A DNA stretch of 64,000 bases from assembly GCA_964016885.1 (NCBI GenBank), contig OZ024743.1, positions 11,594,001 through 11,658,000 on the forward strand. Reading direction: 5' to 3'. The DNA is from Eledone cirrhosa. Taxonomy: Eukaryota. The notes beneath the pieces were generated by a model that saw only the letters and a list, made by a program, of their open reading frames with translations, did not search any database and was not told the DNA's origin. The number at the start of each line of letters is the position of its first letter. Positions within the stretch are counted from its first letter, which is position 1. A program made the translations under genes and the position numbers. Positions 40,001 through 55,000 of the stretch are shown piece by piece.

Positions 40001-43000
40001 TCGTTTGGTGCCACAATAAAAAGCACCCAGTTTACCCTGTCATATAGTCGTTTGGTGCTACAATAAAAAGCACCCAGTTTACCCTGTCATATAGTCGTTT
40101 GGTGCCACAATAAAAAGCACCCAGTTTACCCTGTCATATGGTCGTTTGGTGACACAATAAAAAGCACCCAGTTTACCCTGTCATATAGTCGTTTGGTACC
40201 ACAATGAAAAAGCACCCAGTTTACCCTGTCATATAGTCGTTTGGTGCCACAATAAAAAGCACCCAGTTTACCCTGTCATATGGTCGTTTGGTGTCACAAT
40301 AAAAAGCACCCAGTTTACCCTGTCATATGGTCGTTTGGTGCCACAATAAAAAGCATCCAGTTTACCCTGTCATATAGTCGTTTGGTGCCACAATAAAAAG
40401 CACCCAGTTTACCCTGTCATATAGTCGTTTGGTGCCACAATAAAAAGCACCCAGTTTACCCTGTCATATGGTCGTTTGGTGACACAATAAAAAGCACCCA
40501 GTTTACCCTGTCATATAGTCGTATGGTGCCACAATAAAAAGCACCCAGTTTACCCTGTCATATAGTCGTTTGGTGCCACAATAAAAAGCACCCAGTTTAC
40601 CCTGTCATATGGTCGTTTGGTGCCACAATAAAAAGCACCCAGTTTACCCTGTCATATAGTCGTTTGGTGCCACAATAAAAAGCACCCAGTTTACCCTGTC
40701 ATATAGTCGTTTGGTGCCACAATAAAAAGCACCCAGTTCACCGTCATATAGTTGTTTGGTGTCACAATAAAAAGCACCCGGTTTACCCTGTCATATGGTC
40801 GTTTGGTGCCACAATAAAAAGCACCCAGTTTACCCTGTCATATGGTCGTTTGGTGTCACAATGAAAAGCACCCAGTTTACCCTGTCATATGGTCGTTTGG
40901 TGCCACAATAAAAAGCACCCAGTTTAACCTGTCATATAGTCGTTTGGTGCCACAATAAAAAGCACCCAGTTTACCCTGTCATATAGTCGTTTGGTGCTAC
41001 AATAAAAAGCACCCAGTTTACCCTGTCATATGGTCGTTTGGTGCTACAATAAAAAGCACCCAGTTTACCCTGTCATATAGTTGTTTGGTGCCACAATAAA
41101 AAGCACCCAGTTTACCCTGTCATATAGTCGTTTGGTGTCACAATAAAAAGCACCCAGTTTACCCTGTCATATAGTCGTTTGGTGCTATAATAAAAAGCAC
41201 CCAGTTTACCCTGTCGTATGGTCGTTTGGTGCTACAATAAAAAGCACCCAGTTTACCCTGTCATATAGTCGTTTGGTGCCACAATAAAAAGCACCCAGTT
41301 TACCCTGTCATATAGTCGTTTGGTGCTACAATAAAAAGCACCCAGTTTACCCTGTCATATAGTCGTTTGGTGCCACAATAAAAAGCACCCAGTTTACCCT
41401 GTCATATAGTCGTTTGGTGACACAATAAAAAGCACCCAGTTTACCCTGTCATATAGTCGTTTGGTGCCACAATAAAAAGCACCCAGTTTACCCTGTCATA
41501 TAGTCGTTTGGTGCCACAATAAAAAGCACCCAGTTTACCCTGTCATATAGTCGTTTGGTGCCACAATAAAAAGCACCCAGTTTACCCTGTCATATAGTCG
41601 TTTGGTGCCACAATAAAAAGCACCCAGTTTACCCTGTCATATGGTCGTTTGGTGACACAATAAAAAGCACCCAGTTTACCCTGTCATATAGTCGTTTGGT
41701 ACCACAATGAAAAAGCACCCAGTTTACCCTGTCATATAGTCGTTTGGTGCCACAATAAAAAGCACCCAGTTTACCCTGTCATATGGTCGTTTGGTGTCAC
41801 AATAAAAAGCACCCAGTTTACCCTGTCATATGGTCGTTTGGTGCCACAATAAAAAGCATCCAGTTTACCCTGTCATATAGTCGTTTGGTGCCACAATAAA
41901 AAGCACCCAGTTTACCCTGTCATATAGTCGTTTGGTGCCACAATAAAAAGCACCCAGTTTACCCTGTCATATGGTCGTTTGGTGACACAATAAAAAGCAC
42001 CAAGTTTACCCTGTCATATAGTCGTATGGTGCCACAATAAAAAGCACCCAGTTTACCCTGTCATATGGTCGTTTGGTGCCACAATAAAAAGCACCCAGTT
42101 TACCCTGTCATATGGTCGTTTGGTGCCACAATAAAAAGCACCCAGTTTACCCTGTCATATAGTCGTTTGGTGCCACAATAAAAAGCACCCAGTTTACCCT
42201 GTCATATAGTCGTTTGGTGCTACAATAAAAAGTACCCAGTTTACCCTGTCATATAGTCGTTTGGTGCTACAATAAAAAGCACCCAGTTTACCCTGTCATA
42301 TGGTCGTTTGGTGCTACAATAAAAAGCACCCAGTTTACCCTGTCATATAGTCGTTTGGTGCCACAATAAAAAGCACCCAGTTTACCCTGTCATATAGTCG
42401 TTTGGTGCTACAATAAAAAGCACCCAGTTTACCCTGTCATATAGTCGTTTGGTGCCACAATCAAAAGCACCCAGTTTACCCTGTCATATGGTCGTTTGGT
42501 GCTACAATAAAAAGCACTCAGTTTACCCTGTCATATAGTCGTTTGGTGCCATAATCAAAAGCACCTAGTTTACCCTGTCATATGGTCGTTTGGTGCTACA
42601 ATAAAAAGTACCCAGTTTACCCTGTCATATGGTCGTTTGGTGCCACAATAAAAAGCACCCAGTTTACCCTGTCATATAGTCGTTTGGTGCTACAATAAAA
42701 AGCACCCAGTTTACCCTGTCATATGGTCGTTTGGTGCTACAATAAAAAGCACCCAGTTTACCCTGTCATATAGTCGTTTGGTGCCACAATAAAAAGCACC
42801 CAGTTTACCCTGTCATATAGTCGTTTGGTGCCACAATAAAAAGCACCCAGTTTACCCTGTCATATAGTCGTTTGGTGCTATAATAAAAAGCACCCAGTTT
42901 ACCCTGTCATATGGTCGTTTGGTGCTACAATAAAAAGCACCCAGTTTACCCTGTCATATAGTCGTTTGGTGCCACAATAAAAAGCACCCAGTTTACCCTG

Positions 43001-46000
43001 TCATATAGTCGTTTGGTGCTACAATAAAAAGCACCCAGTTTACCCTGTCATATAGTCGTTTGGTGCCACAATAAAAAGCACCCAGTTTACCCTGTCATAT
43101 AGTCGTTTGGTGACACAATAAAAAGCACCCAGTTTACCCTGTCATATAGTCGTTTGGTCCCACAATAAAAAGCACCCAGTTTACCCTGTCATATAGTCGT
43201 TTGGTGCCACAATAAAAAGCACCCAGTTTACCCTGTCATATAGTCGTTCGGTGCCACAATAAAAAGCACCCAGTTTACCCTGTCATATAGTCGTTTGGTG
43301 CCACAATAAAAAGCACCCAGTTTACCCTGTCATATGGTCGTTTGGTGCCACAATAAAAAGCACCCAGTTTACCCTGTCATATGGTCGTTTGGTGCCACAA
43401 TAAAAAGCACCCAGTTTACCCTGTCATATAGTCGTTTGGTGCCACAATAAAAAGTACCCAGTTTACCCTGTCATATGGTCGTTTGGTCCCACAATAAAAA
43501 GCACCCAGTTTACCCTGTCATGTAGTCGTTTGGTGCCACAATAAAAAGCACCCAGTTTACCCTGTCATATAGTCGTTTGGTGCCACAATAAAAAGCACCC
43601 AGTTTACCCTGTCATATGGTCGTTTGGTGCCACAATAAAAAGTACCCAGTTTACCCTGTCATATAGTTGTTTGGTGCTACAATAAAAAGTACCCAGCTTA
43701 CCCTGTCATATAGTCGTTTGGTGCTACAATAAAAAGTACCCAGTTTACCCTGTCATATAGTCGTTTGGTGCGACAATAAAAAGCACCCAGTTTACCCTGT
43801 CATATGGTCGTTTGGTGCCACAATAAAAAGCACCCAGTTTACCCTGTCATATAGTCGTTTGGTGCTACAATAAAAGTACCCAGTTTACCCTGTCATATAG
43901 TCGTTTGGTGCTACAATAAAAAGCACCAGGTTTACCCTGTCATATAGTCGTTTGGTGCCACAATCAAAAGCACCCAGTTTACCCTGTCATATGGTCGTTT
44001 GGTGCTACAATAAAAAGCACTCAGTTTACCCTGTCATATAGTCGTTTGGTGCCACAATCAAAAGCACCCAGTTTACCGTCATATGGTCGTTTGGTGCTAC
44101 AATAAAAAGTACCCAGTTTACCCTGTCATATGGTCGTTTGGTGCCACAATAAAAAGCACCCAGTTTACCCTGTCATATAGTCGTTTGGTGCCACAATAAA
44201 AAGTACCCAGTTTACCCTGTCATATGGTCGTTTGGTCCCACAATAAAAAGCACCCAGTTTACCCTGTCATGTAGTCGTTTGGTGCCACAATAAAAAGCAC
44301 CCAGTTTACCCTGTCATATAGTCGTTTGGTGCCACAATAAAAAGCACCCAGTTAACCCTGTCATATGGTCGTTTGGTGACACAATAAAAAGCACCCAGTT
44401 TACCCTGTCATATAGTCGTATGGTGCCACAATAAAAAGCACCCAGTTTACCCTGTCATATGGTCGTTTGGTGCCACAATCAAAAGCACCCAGTTTACCCT
44501 GTCATATAGTCGTTTGGTCCCACAATAAAAAGCACCCAGTTTACCCTGTCATATAGTCGTTTGGTGCTACAATAAAAAGCACCCAGTTTACCCTGTCATA
44601 TAGTCGTTTGGTACCACAATAAAAAGCACCCAGTTTACCCTGTCATATAGTCGTTTGGTGACACAATAAAAAGCACCCAGTTTACCCTGCCATATAGTCG
44701 TTTGGTGCCACAATAAAAAGCACCCAGTTTACCCTGTCATATAGTCGTTTGGTGCCACAATAAAAAGCACCCAGTTTACCCTGTCATATAGTCGTTCGGT
44801 GCCACAATAAAAAGCACCCAGTTTACCCTGTCATATAGTCGTTTGGTGCCACAATAAAAAGCACCCAGTTTACCCTGTCATATGGTCGTTTGGTGACACA
44901 ATAAAAAGCACCCAGTTTACCCTGTCATATAGTCGTTTGGTTCCACAATGAAAAAGCACCCAGTTTACCCTGTCATATAGTCGTTTGGTGCCACAATAAA
45001 ACGCACCCAGTTTACCCTGTCATATGGTCGTTTGGTGTCACAATAAAAAGCACCCAGTTTACCCTGTCATATGGTCGTTTGGTGCCACAATAAAAAGCAC
45101 CCAGTTTACCCTGTCATATAGTCGTTTGGTGCCACAATAAAAAGCACCCAGTTTACCCTGTCATATAGTCGTTTGGTGCCACAATAAAAAGCACCCAGTT
45201 TACCCTGTCATATGGTCGTTTGGTGACACAATGAAAAGCACCCAGTTTACCCTGTCATATAGTCGTATGGTGCCACAATAAAAAGCACCCAGTTTACCCT
45301 GTCATATGGTCGTTTGGTGCCACAATAAAAAGCACCCAGTTTACCCTGTCATATGGTCGTTTGGTGCCACAATAAAAAGCACCCAGTTTACCCTGTCATA
45401 TAGTCGTTTGGTGCCACAATAAAAAGCACCCAGTTTACCCTGTCATATAGTCGTTTGGTGCTACAATAAAAAGTACCCAGTTTACCCTGTCATATAGTCG
45501 TTTGGTGCTACAATAAAAAGCACCCAGTTTACCCTGTCATATGGTCGTTTGGTGCTACAATAAAAAGCACCCAGTTTACCCTGTCATATAGTCGTTTGGT
45601 GCCACAATAAAAAGCACCCAGTTTACCCTGTCATATGGTCGTTTGGTGCTACAATAAAAAGCACCCAGTTTACCCTGTCATATAGTCGTTTGGTGCCACA
45701 ATCAAAAGCACCCAGTTTACCCTGTCATATGGTCGTTTGGTGCTACAATAAAAAGCACTCAGTTTACCCTGTCATATAGTCGTTTGGTGCCACAATCAAA
45801 AGCACCCAGTTTACCCTGTCATATGGTCGTTTGGTGCTACAATAAAAAGTACCCAGTTTACCCTGTCATATGGTCGTTTGGTGCCACAATAAAAAGCACC
45901 CAGTTTACCCTGTCATATAGTCGTTTGGTGCCACAATAAAAAGTACCCAGTTTACCCTGTCATATGGTCGTTTGGTCCCACAATAAAAAGCACCCAGTTT

Positions 46001-49000
46001 ACCCTGTCATGTAGTCGTTTGGTGCCACAATAAAAAGCACCCAGTTTACCCTGTCATATAGTCGTTTGGTGCCACAATAAAAAGCACCCAGTTTACCCTG
46101 TCATATGGTCGTTTGGTGCCACAATAAAAAGTACCCAGTTTACCCTGTCATATAGTCGTTTGGTGCTACAATAAAAAGTACCCAGTTTACCCTGTCATAT
46201 AGTCGTTTGGTGCTACAATAAAAAGTACCCAGTTTACCCTGTCATATAGTCGTTTGGTGCGACAATAAAAAGCACCCAGTTTACCCTGTCATATGGTCGT
46301 TTGGTGCCACAATAAAAAGCACCCAGTTTACCCTGTCATATAGTCGTTTGGTGCTACAATAAAAGTACCCAGTTTACCCTGTCATATAGTCGTTTGGTGC
46401 TACAATAAATAGAACCAGGTTTACCCTGTCATATAGTCGTTTGGTGCCACAATCAAAAGCACCCAGTTTACCCTGTCATATGGTCATTTGGTGCCACAAT
46501 AAAAAGCACTCAGTTTACCCTGTCATATGGTCGTTTGGTGCCACAATCAAAAGCAGCCAGTTTACCCTGTCATATGGTCGTTTGGTGCTACAATAAAAAG
46601 TACCCAGTTTACCCTGTCATATGGTCGTTCGATCCCACAATAAAAAGCACCCAGTTTACCCTGTCATATAGTCGTTTGGTGCCACAATAAAAAGCACCCA
46701 GTTTACCCTGTCATATAGTCGTTTGGTGCCACAATAAAAAGTACCTAGTTTACCCTGTCATATGGTCGTTTGGTGCCACAATAAAAATCACCCAGTTTAC
46801 CCTGTCATATAGTCGTTTGGTGCCACAATAAAAAGTACCTAGTTTACCCTGTCATATGGTCGTTTGGTGCCACAATAAAAAGCACCCAGTTTACCCTGTC
46901 ATATAGTCGTTTGGTACCACAATAAAAAGTACCCAGTTTACCCTGTCATATGGTCGTTTGGTGCCACAATAAAAAGTACCCAGTTTACCCTGTCATACAG
47001 TCGTTTGGTGCCACAATATAAAGTACCCAGTTTACCCTGTCATATGGTCGTTTGGTGCCACAATAAAAAGTGCCCAGTTTACCCTATCATATAGTCGTTT
47101 GGTGCCACAATAAAAAGTACCCAGTTTACCCTGTCATATGGTCGTTTGGTGCCACAATAAAAAGCACCCAGTTTACCCTGTCATATGGTCGTTTGGTGCC
47201 ACAATAAAAAGCACCCAGTTTACCCTGTCATATAGTCGTTTGGTGCCACAATAAAAAGCACCCAGTTTACCCTGTCATATAGTCGTTTGGTGCTACAATA
47301 AAAAGTACCCAGTTTACCCTGTCATATAGTCGTTTGGTGCTACAATAAAAAGCACCCAGTTTACCCTGTCATATGGTCGTTTGGTGCTACAATAAAAAGC
47401 ACCCAGTTTACCCTGTCATATAGTCGTTTGGTGCCACAATAAAAAGCACCCAGTTTACCCTGTCATATAGTCGTTTGGTGCTACAATAAAAAGCACCCAG
47501 TTTACCCTGTCATATAGTCGTTTGGTGCCACAATCAAAAGCACCCAGTTTACCCTGTCATATGGTCGTTTGGTGCTACAATAAAAAGCACTCAGTTTACC
47601 CTGTCATATAGTCGTTTGGTGCCACAATCAAAAGTACCCAGTTTACCCTGTCATATGGTCGTTTGGTGCTACAATAAAAAGTACCCAGTTTACCCTGTCA
47701 TATGGTCGTTTGGTGCCACAATAAAAAGCACCCAGTTTACCCTGTCATATAGTCGTTTGGTGCCACAATAAAAAGTACCCAGTTTACCCTGTCATATGGT
47801 CGTTTGGTCCCACAATAAAAAGCACCCAGTTTACCCTGTCATGTAGTCGTTTGGTGCCACAATAAAAAGCACCCAGTTTACCCTGTCATATAGTCGTTTG
47901 GTGCCACAATAAAAAGCACCCAGTTTACCCTGTCATATGGTCGTTTGGTGCCACAATAAAAAGTACCCAGTTTACCCTGTCATATAGTTGTTTGGTGCTA
48001 CAATAAAAAGTACCCAGCTTACCCTGTCATATAGTCGTTTGGTGCTACAATAAAAAGTACCCAGTTTACCCTGTCATATAGTCGTTTGGTGCGACAATAA
48101 AAAGCACCCAGTTTACCCTGTCATATGGTCGTTTGGTGCCACAATAAAAAGCACCCAGTTTACCCTGTCATATAGTCGTTTGGTGCTACAATAAAAGTAC
48201 CCAGTTTACCCTGTCATATAGTCGTTTGGTGCTACAATAAAAAGCACCAGGTTTACCCTGTCATATAGTCGTTTGGTGCCACAATCAAAAGCACCCAGTT
48301 TACCCTGTCATATGGTCATTTGGTGCCACAATAAAAAGCACTCAGTTTACCCTGTCATATGGTCGTTTGGTGCCACAATCAAAAGCAGCCAGTTTACCCT
48401 GTCATATGGTCGTTTGGTGCTACAATAAAAAGTACCCAGTTTACCCTGTCATATGGTCGTTCGGTCCCACAATAAAAAGCACCCAGTTTACCCTGTCATA
48501 TAGTCGTTTGGTGCCACAATAAAAAGCACCCAGTTTACCCTGTCATATAGTCGTTTGGTGCCACAATAAAAAGTACCTAGTTTACCCTGTCATATGGTCG
48601 TTTGGTGCCACAATAAAAAGCACCCAGTTTACCCTGTCATATAGTCGTTTGGTGCCACAATAAAAAGTACCTAGTTTACCCTGTCATATGGTCGTTTGGT
48701 GCCACAATAAAAAGCACCCAGTTTACCCTGTCATATAGTCGTTTGGTGCCACAATAAAAAGTACCCAGTTTACCCTGTCATATGGTCGTTTGGTGCCACA
48801 ATAAAAAGTACCCAGTTTACCCTGTCATACAGTCGTTTGGTGCCACAATATAAAGTACCCAGTTTACCCTGTCATATGGTCGTTTGGTGCCACAATAAAA
48901 AGTGCCCAGTTTACCCTATCATATAGTCGTTTGGTGCCACAATAAAAAGTACCCAGTTTACCCTGTCATATGGTCGTTTGGTGCTACAATAAAAAGCACC

Positions 49001-52000
49001 CAGTTTACCCTGTCATATGGTCGTTTGGTGCCACAATAAAAAGCACCCAGTTTACCCTGTCATATAGTCGTTTGGTGCCACAATAAAAAGTACCCAGTTT
49101 ACCCTGTCATATGGTCGTTTGGTGCCACAATAAAAAGTACCCAGTTTACCCTGTCATATAGTCGTTTGGTGCCACAATATAAAGTACCCAGTTTACCCTG
49201 TCATATGGTCGTTTGGTGCCACAATAAAAAGTGCCCAGTTTACCCTATCATATAGTCGTTTGTTGCCACAATAAAAAGTACCCAGTTTACCCTGTCATAT
49301 GGTCGTTTGGTGCTACAATAAAAAGCACCCAGTTTACCCTGTCATATGGTCGTTTGGTGCCACAATAAAAAGCACCCAGTTTACCCTGTCATATAGTCGT
49401 TTGGTGCTACAATAAAAGTACCCAGTTTACCCTGTCATATAGTCGTTTGGTGCTACAATAAATAGCACCAGGTTTACCCTGTCATATAGTCGTTTGGTGC
49501 CACAATCAAAAGCACCCAGTTTACCCTGTCATATGGTCATTTGGTGCCACAATAAAAAGCACTCAGTTTACCCTGTCATATGGTCGTTTGGTGCCACAAT
49601 CAAAAGCAGCCAGTTTACCCTGTCATATGGTCGTTTGGTGCTACAATAAAAAGTACCCAGTTTACCCTGTCATATGGTCGTTCGGTCCCACAATAAAAAG
49701 CACCCAGTTTACCCTGTCATATAGTCGTTTGGTGCCACAATAAAAAGCACCCAGTTTACCCTGTCATATAGTCGTTTGGTGCCACAATAAAAAGTACCTA
49801 GTTTACCCTGTCATATGGTCGTTTGGTGCCACAATAAAAAGCACCCAGTTTACCCTGTCATATAGTCGTTTGGTGCCACAATAAAAAGTACCTAGTTTAC
49901 CCTGTCATATGGTCGTTTGGTGCCACAATAAAAAGCACCCAGTTTACCCTGTCATATAGTCGTTTGGTGCCACAATAAAAAGTACCCAGTTTACCCTGTC
50001 ATATGGTCGTTTGGTGCCACAATAAAAAGTACCCAGTTTACCCTGTCATATGGTCGTTTGGTCCCACAATAAAAAGCACCCAGTTTACCCTGTCATGTAG
50101 TCGTTTGGTGCCACAATAAAAAGCACCCAGTTTACCCTGTCATATAGTCGTTTGGTGCCACAATAAAAAGCACCCAGTTTACCCTGTCATATGGTCGTTT
50201 GGTGCCACAATAAAAAGTACCCAGTTTACCCTGTCATATAGTCGTTTGGTGCTACAATAAAAAGTACCCAGTTTACCCTGTCATATAGTCGTTTGGTGCT
50301 ACAATAAAAAGTACCCAGTTTACCCTGTCATATAGTCGTTTGGTGCGACAATAAAAAGCACCCAGTTTACCCTGTCATATGGTCGTTTGGTGCCACAATA
50401 AAAAGCACCCAGTTTACCCTGTCATATAGTCGTTTGGTGCTACAATAAAAGTACCCAGTTTACCCTGTCATATAGTCGTTTGGTGCTACAATAAAAAGTA
50501 CCCAGTTTACCCTGTCATATGGTCGTTTGGTCCCACAATAAAAAGCACCCAGTTTACCCTGTCATGTAGTCGTTTGGTGCCACAATAAAAAGCACCCAGT
50601 TTACCCTGTCATATAGTCGTTTGGTGCCACAATAAAAAGCACCCAGTTTACCCTGTCATATGGTCGTTTGGTGACACAATAAAAAGCACCCAGTTTACCC
50701 TGTCATATAGTCGTATGGTGCCACAATAAAAAGCACCCAGTTTACCCTGTCATATGGTCGTTTGGTGCCACAATCAAAAGCACCCAGTTTACCCTGTCAT
50801 ATAGTCGTTTGGTCCCACAATAAAAAGCACCCAGTTTACCCTGTCATATAGTCGTTTGGTGCTACAATAAAAAGCACCCAGTTTACCCTGTCATATAGTC
50901 GTTTGGTACCACAATAAAAAGCACCCAGTTTACCCTGTCATATAGTCGTTTGGTGACACAATAAAAAGCACCCAGTTTACCCTGTCATATAGTCGTTTGG
51001 TGCCACAATAAAAAGCACCCAGTTTACCCTGTCATATAGTCGTTTGGTGCCACAATAAAAAGCACCCAGTTTACCCTGTCATATAGTCGTTCGGTGCCAC
51101 AATAAAAAGCACCCAGTTTACCCTGTCATATAGTCGTTTGGTGCCACAATAAAAAGCACCCAGTTTACCCTGTCATATGGTCGTTTGGTGACACAATAAA
51201 AAGCACCCAGTTTACCCTGTCATATAGTCGTTTGGCTCCACAATGAAAAAGCACCCAGTTTACCCTGTCATATAGTCGTTTGGTGCCACAATAAAACGCA
51301 CCCAGTTTACCCTGTCATATGGTCGTTTGGTGTCACAATAAAAAGCACCCAGTTTACCCTGTCATATGGTCGTTTGGTGCCACAATAAAAAGCACCCAGT
51401 TTACCCTGTCATATAGTCGTTTGGTGCCACAATAAAAAGCACCCAGTTTACCCTGTCATATAGTCGTTTGGTGCCACAATAAAAAGCACCCAGTTTACCC
51501 TGTCATATGGTCGTTTGGTGACACAATAAAAAGCACCCAGTTTACCCTGTCATATAGTCGTATGGTGCCACAATAAAAAGCACCCAGTTTACCCTGTCAT
51601 ATGGTCGTTTGGTGCCACAATAAAAAGCACCCAGTTTACCCTGTCATATGGTCGTTTGGTGCCACAATAAAAAGCACCCAGTTTACCCTGTCATATAGTC
51701 GTTTGGTGCCACAATAAAAAGCACCCAGTTTACCCTGTCATATAGTCGTTTGGTGCTACAATAAAAAGTACCCAGTTTACCCTGTCATATAGTCGTTTGG
51801 TGCTACAATAAAAAGCACCCAGTTTACCCTGTCATATGGTCGTTTGGTGCTACAATAAAAAGCACCCAGTTTACCCTGTCATATAGTCGTTTGGTGCCAC
51901 AATAAAAAGCACCCAGTTTACCCTGTCATATGGTCGTTTGGTGCTACAATAAAAAGCACCCAGTTTACCCTGTCATATAGTCGTTTGGTGCCACAATCAA

Positions 52001-55000
52001 AAGCACCCAGTTTACCCTGTCATATGGTCGTTTGGTGCTACAATAAAAAGCACTCAGTTTACCCTGTCATATAGTCGTTTGGTGCCACAATCAAAAGCAC
52101 CCAGTTTACCCTGTCATATGGTCGTTTGGTGCTACAATAAAAAGTACCCAGTTTACCCTGTCATATGGTCGTTTGGTGCCACAATAAAAAGCACCCAGTT
52201 TACCCTGTCATATAGTCGTTTGGTGCCACAATAAAAAGTACCCAGTTTACCCTGTCATATGGTCGTTTGGTCCCACAATAAAAAGCACCCAGTTTACCCT
52301 GTCATGTAGTCGTTTGGTGCCACAATAAAAAGCACCCAGTTTACCCTGTCATATAGTCGTTTGGTGCCACAATAAAAAGCACCCAGTTTACCCTGTCATA
52401 TGGTCGTTTGGTGCCACAATAAAAAGTACCCAGTTTACCCTGTCATATAGTCGTTTGGTGCTACAATAAAAAGTACCCAGTTTACCCTGTCATATAGTCG
52501 TTTGGTGCTACAATAAAAAGTACCCAGTTTACCCTGTCATATAGTCGTTTGGTGCGACAATAAAAAGCACCCAGTTTACCCTGTCATATGGTCGTTTGGT
52601 GCCACAATAAAAAGCACCCAGTTTACCCTGTCATATAGTCGTTTGGTGCTACAATAAAAGTACCCAGTTTACCCTGTCATATAGTCGTTTGGTGCTACAA
52701 TAAATAGAACCAGGTTTACCCTGTCATATAGTCGTTTGGTGCCACAATCAAAAGCACCCAGTTTACCCTGTCATATGGTCATTTGGTCCCACAATAAAAA
52801 GCACTCAGTTTACCCTGTCATATGGTCGTTTGGTGCCACAATCAAAAGCAGCCAGTTTACCCTGTCATATGGTCGTTTGGTGCTACAATAAAAAGTACCC
52901 AGTTTACCCTGTCATATGGTCGTTCGATCCCACAATAAAAAGCACCCAGTTTACCCTGTCATATAGTCGTTTGGTGCCACAATAAAAAGCACCCAGTTTA
53001 CCCTGTCATATAGTCGTTTGGTGCCACAATAAAAAGTACCTAGTTTACCCTGTCATATGGTCGTTTGGTGCCACAATAAAAAGCACCCAGTTTACCCTGT
53101 CATATAGTCGTTTGGTGCCACAATAAAAAGTACCTAGTTTACCCTGTCATATGGTCGTTTGGTGTCACAATAAAAAGCACCCAGTTTACCCTGTCATATA
53201 GTCGTTTGGTACCACAATAAAAAGTACCCAGTTTACCCTGTCATATGGTCGTTTGGTGCCACAATAAAAAGTACCCAGTTTACCCTGTCATACAGTCGTT
53301 TGGTGCCACAATATAAAGTACCCAGTTTACCCTGTCATATGGTCGTTTGGTGCCACAATAAAAAGTGCCCAGTTTACCCTATCATATAGTCGTTTGGTGC
53401 CACAATAAAAAGTACCCAGTTTACCCTGTCATATGGTCGTTTGGTGCCACAATAAAAAGCACCCAGTTTACCCTGTCATATGGTCGTTTGGTGCCACAAT
53501 AAAAAGCACCCAGTTTACCCTGTCATATAGTCGTTTGGTGCCACAATAAAAAGCACCCAGTTTACCCTGTCATATAGTCGTTTGGTGCTACAATAAAAAG
53601 TACCCAGTTTACCCTGTCATATAGTCGTTTGGTGCTACAATAAAAAGCACCCAGTTTACCCTGTCATATGGTCGTTTGGTGCTACAATAAAAAGCACCCA
53701 GTTTACCCTGTCATATAGTCGTTTGGTGCCACAATAAAAAGCACCCAGTTTACCCTGTCATATAGTCGTTTGGTGCTACAATAAAAAGCACCCAGTTTAC
53801 CCTGTCATATAGTCGTTTGGTGCCACAATCAAAAGCACCCAGTTTACCCTGTCATATGGTCGTTTGGTGCTACAATAAAAAGCACTCAGTTTACCCTGTC
53901 ATATAGTCGTTTGGTGCCACAATCAAAAGCACCCAGTTTACCCTGTCATATGGTCGTTTGGTGCTACAATAAAAAGTACCCAGTTTACCCTGTCATATGG
54001 TCGTTTGGTGCCACAATAAAAAGCACCCAGTTTACCCTGTCATATAGTCGTTTGGTGCCACAATAAAAAGTACCCAGTTTACCCTGTCATATGGTCGTTT
54101 GGTCCCACAATAAAAAGCACCCAGTTTACCCTGTCATGTAGTCGTTTGGTGCCACAATAAAAAGCACCCAGTTTACCCTGTCATATAGTCGTTTGGTGCC
54201 ACAATAAAAAGCACCCAGTTTACCCTGTCATATGGTCGTTTGGTGCCACAATAAAAAGTACCCAGTTTACCCTGTCATATAGTTGTTTGGTGCTACAATA
54301 AAAAGTACCCAGCTTACCCTGTCATATAGTCGTTTGGTGCTACAATAAAAAGTACCCAGTTTACCCTGTCATATAGTCGTTTGGTGCGACAATAAAAAGC
54401 ACCCAGTTTACCCTGTCATATGGTCGTTTGGTGCCACAATAAAAAGCACCCAGTTTACCCTGTCATATAGTCGTTTGGTGCTACAATAAAAGTACCCAGT
54501 TTACCCTGTCATATAGTCGTTTGGTGCTACAATAAATAGCACCAGGTTTACCCTGTCATATAGTCGTTTGGTGCCACAATCAAAAGCACCCAGTTTACCC
54601 TGTCATATGGTCATTTGGTGCCACAATAAAAAGCACTCAGTTTACCCTGTCATATGGTCGTTTGGTGCCACAATCAAAAGCAGCCAGTTTACCCTGTCAT
54701 ATGGTCGTTTGGTGCTACAATAAAAAGTACCCAGTTTACCCTGTCATATGGTCGTTCGGTCCCACAATAAAAAGCACCCAGTTTACCCTGTCATATAGTC
54801 GTTTGGTGCCACAATAAAAAGCACCCAGTTTACCCTGTCATATAGTCGTTTGGTGCCACAATAAAAAGTACCTAGTTTACCCTGTCATATGGTCGTTTGG
54901 TGCCACAATAAAAAGCACCCAGTTTACCCTGTCATATAGTCGTTTGGTGCCACAATAAAAAGTACCTAGTTTACCCTGTCATATGGTCGTTTGGTGCCAC

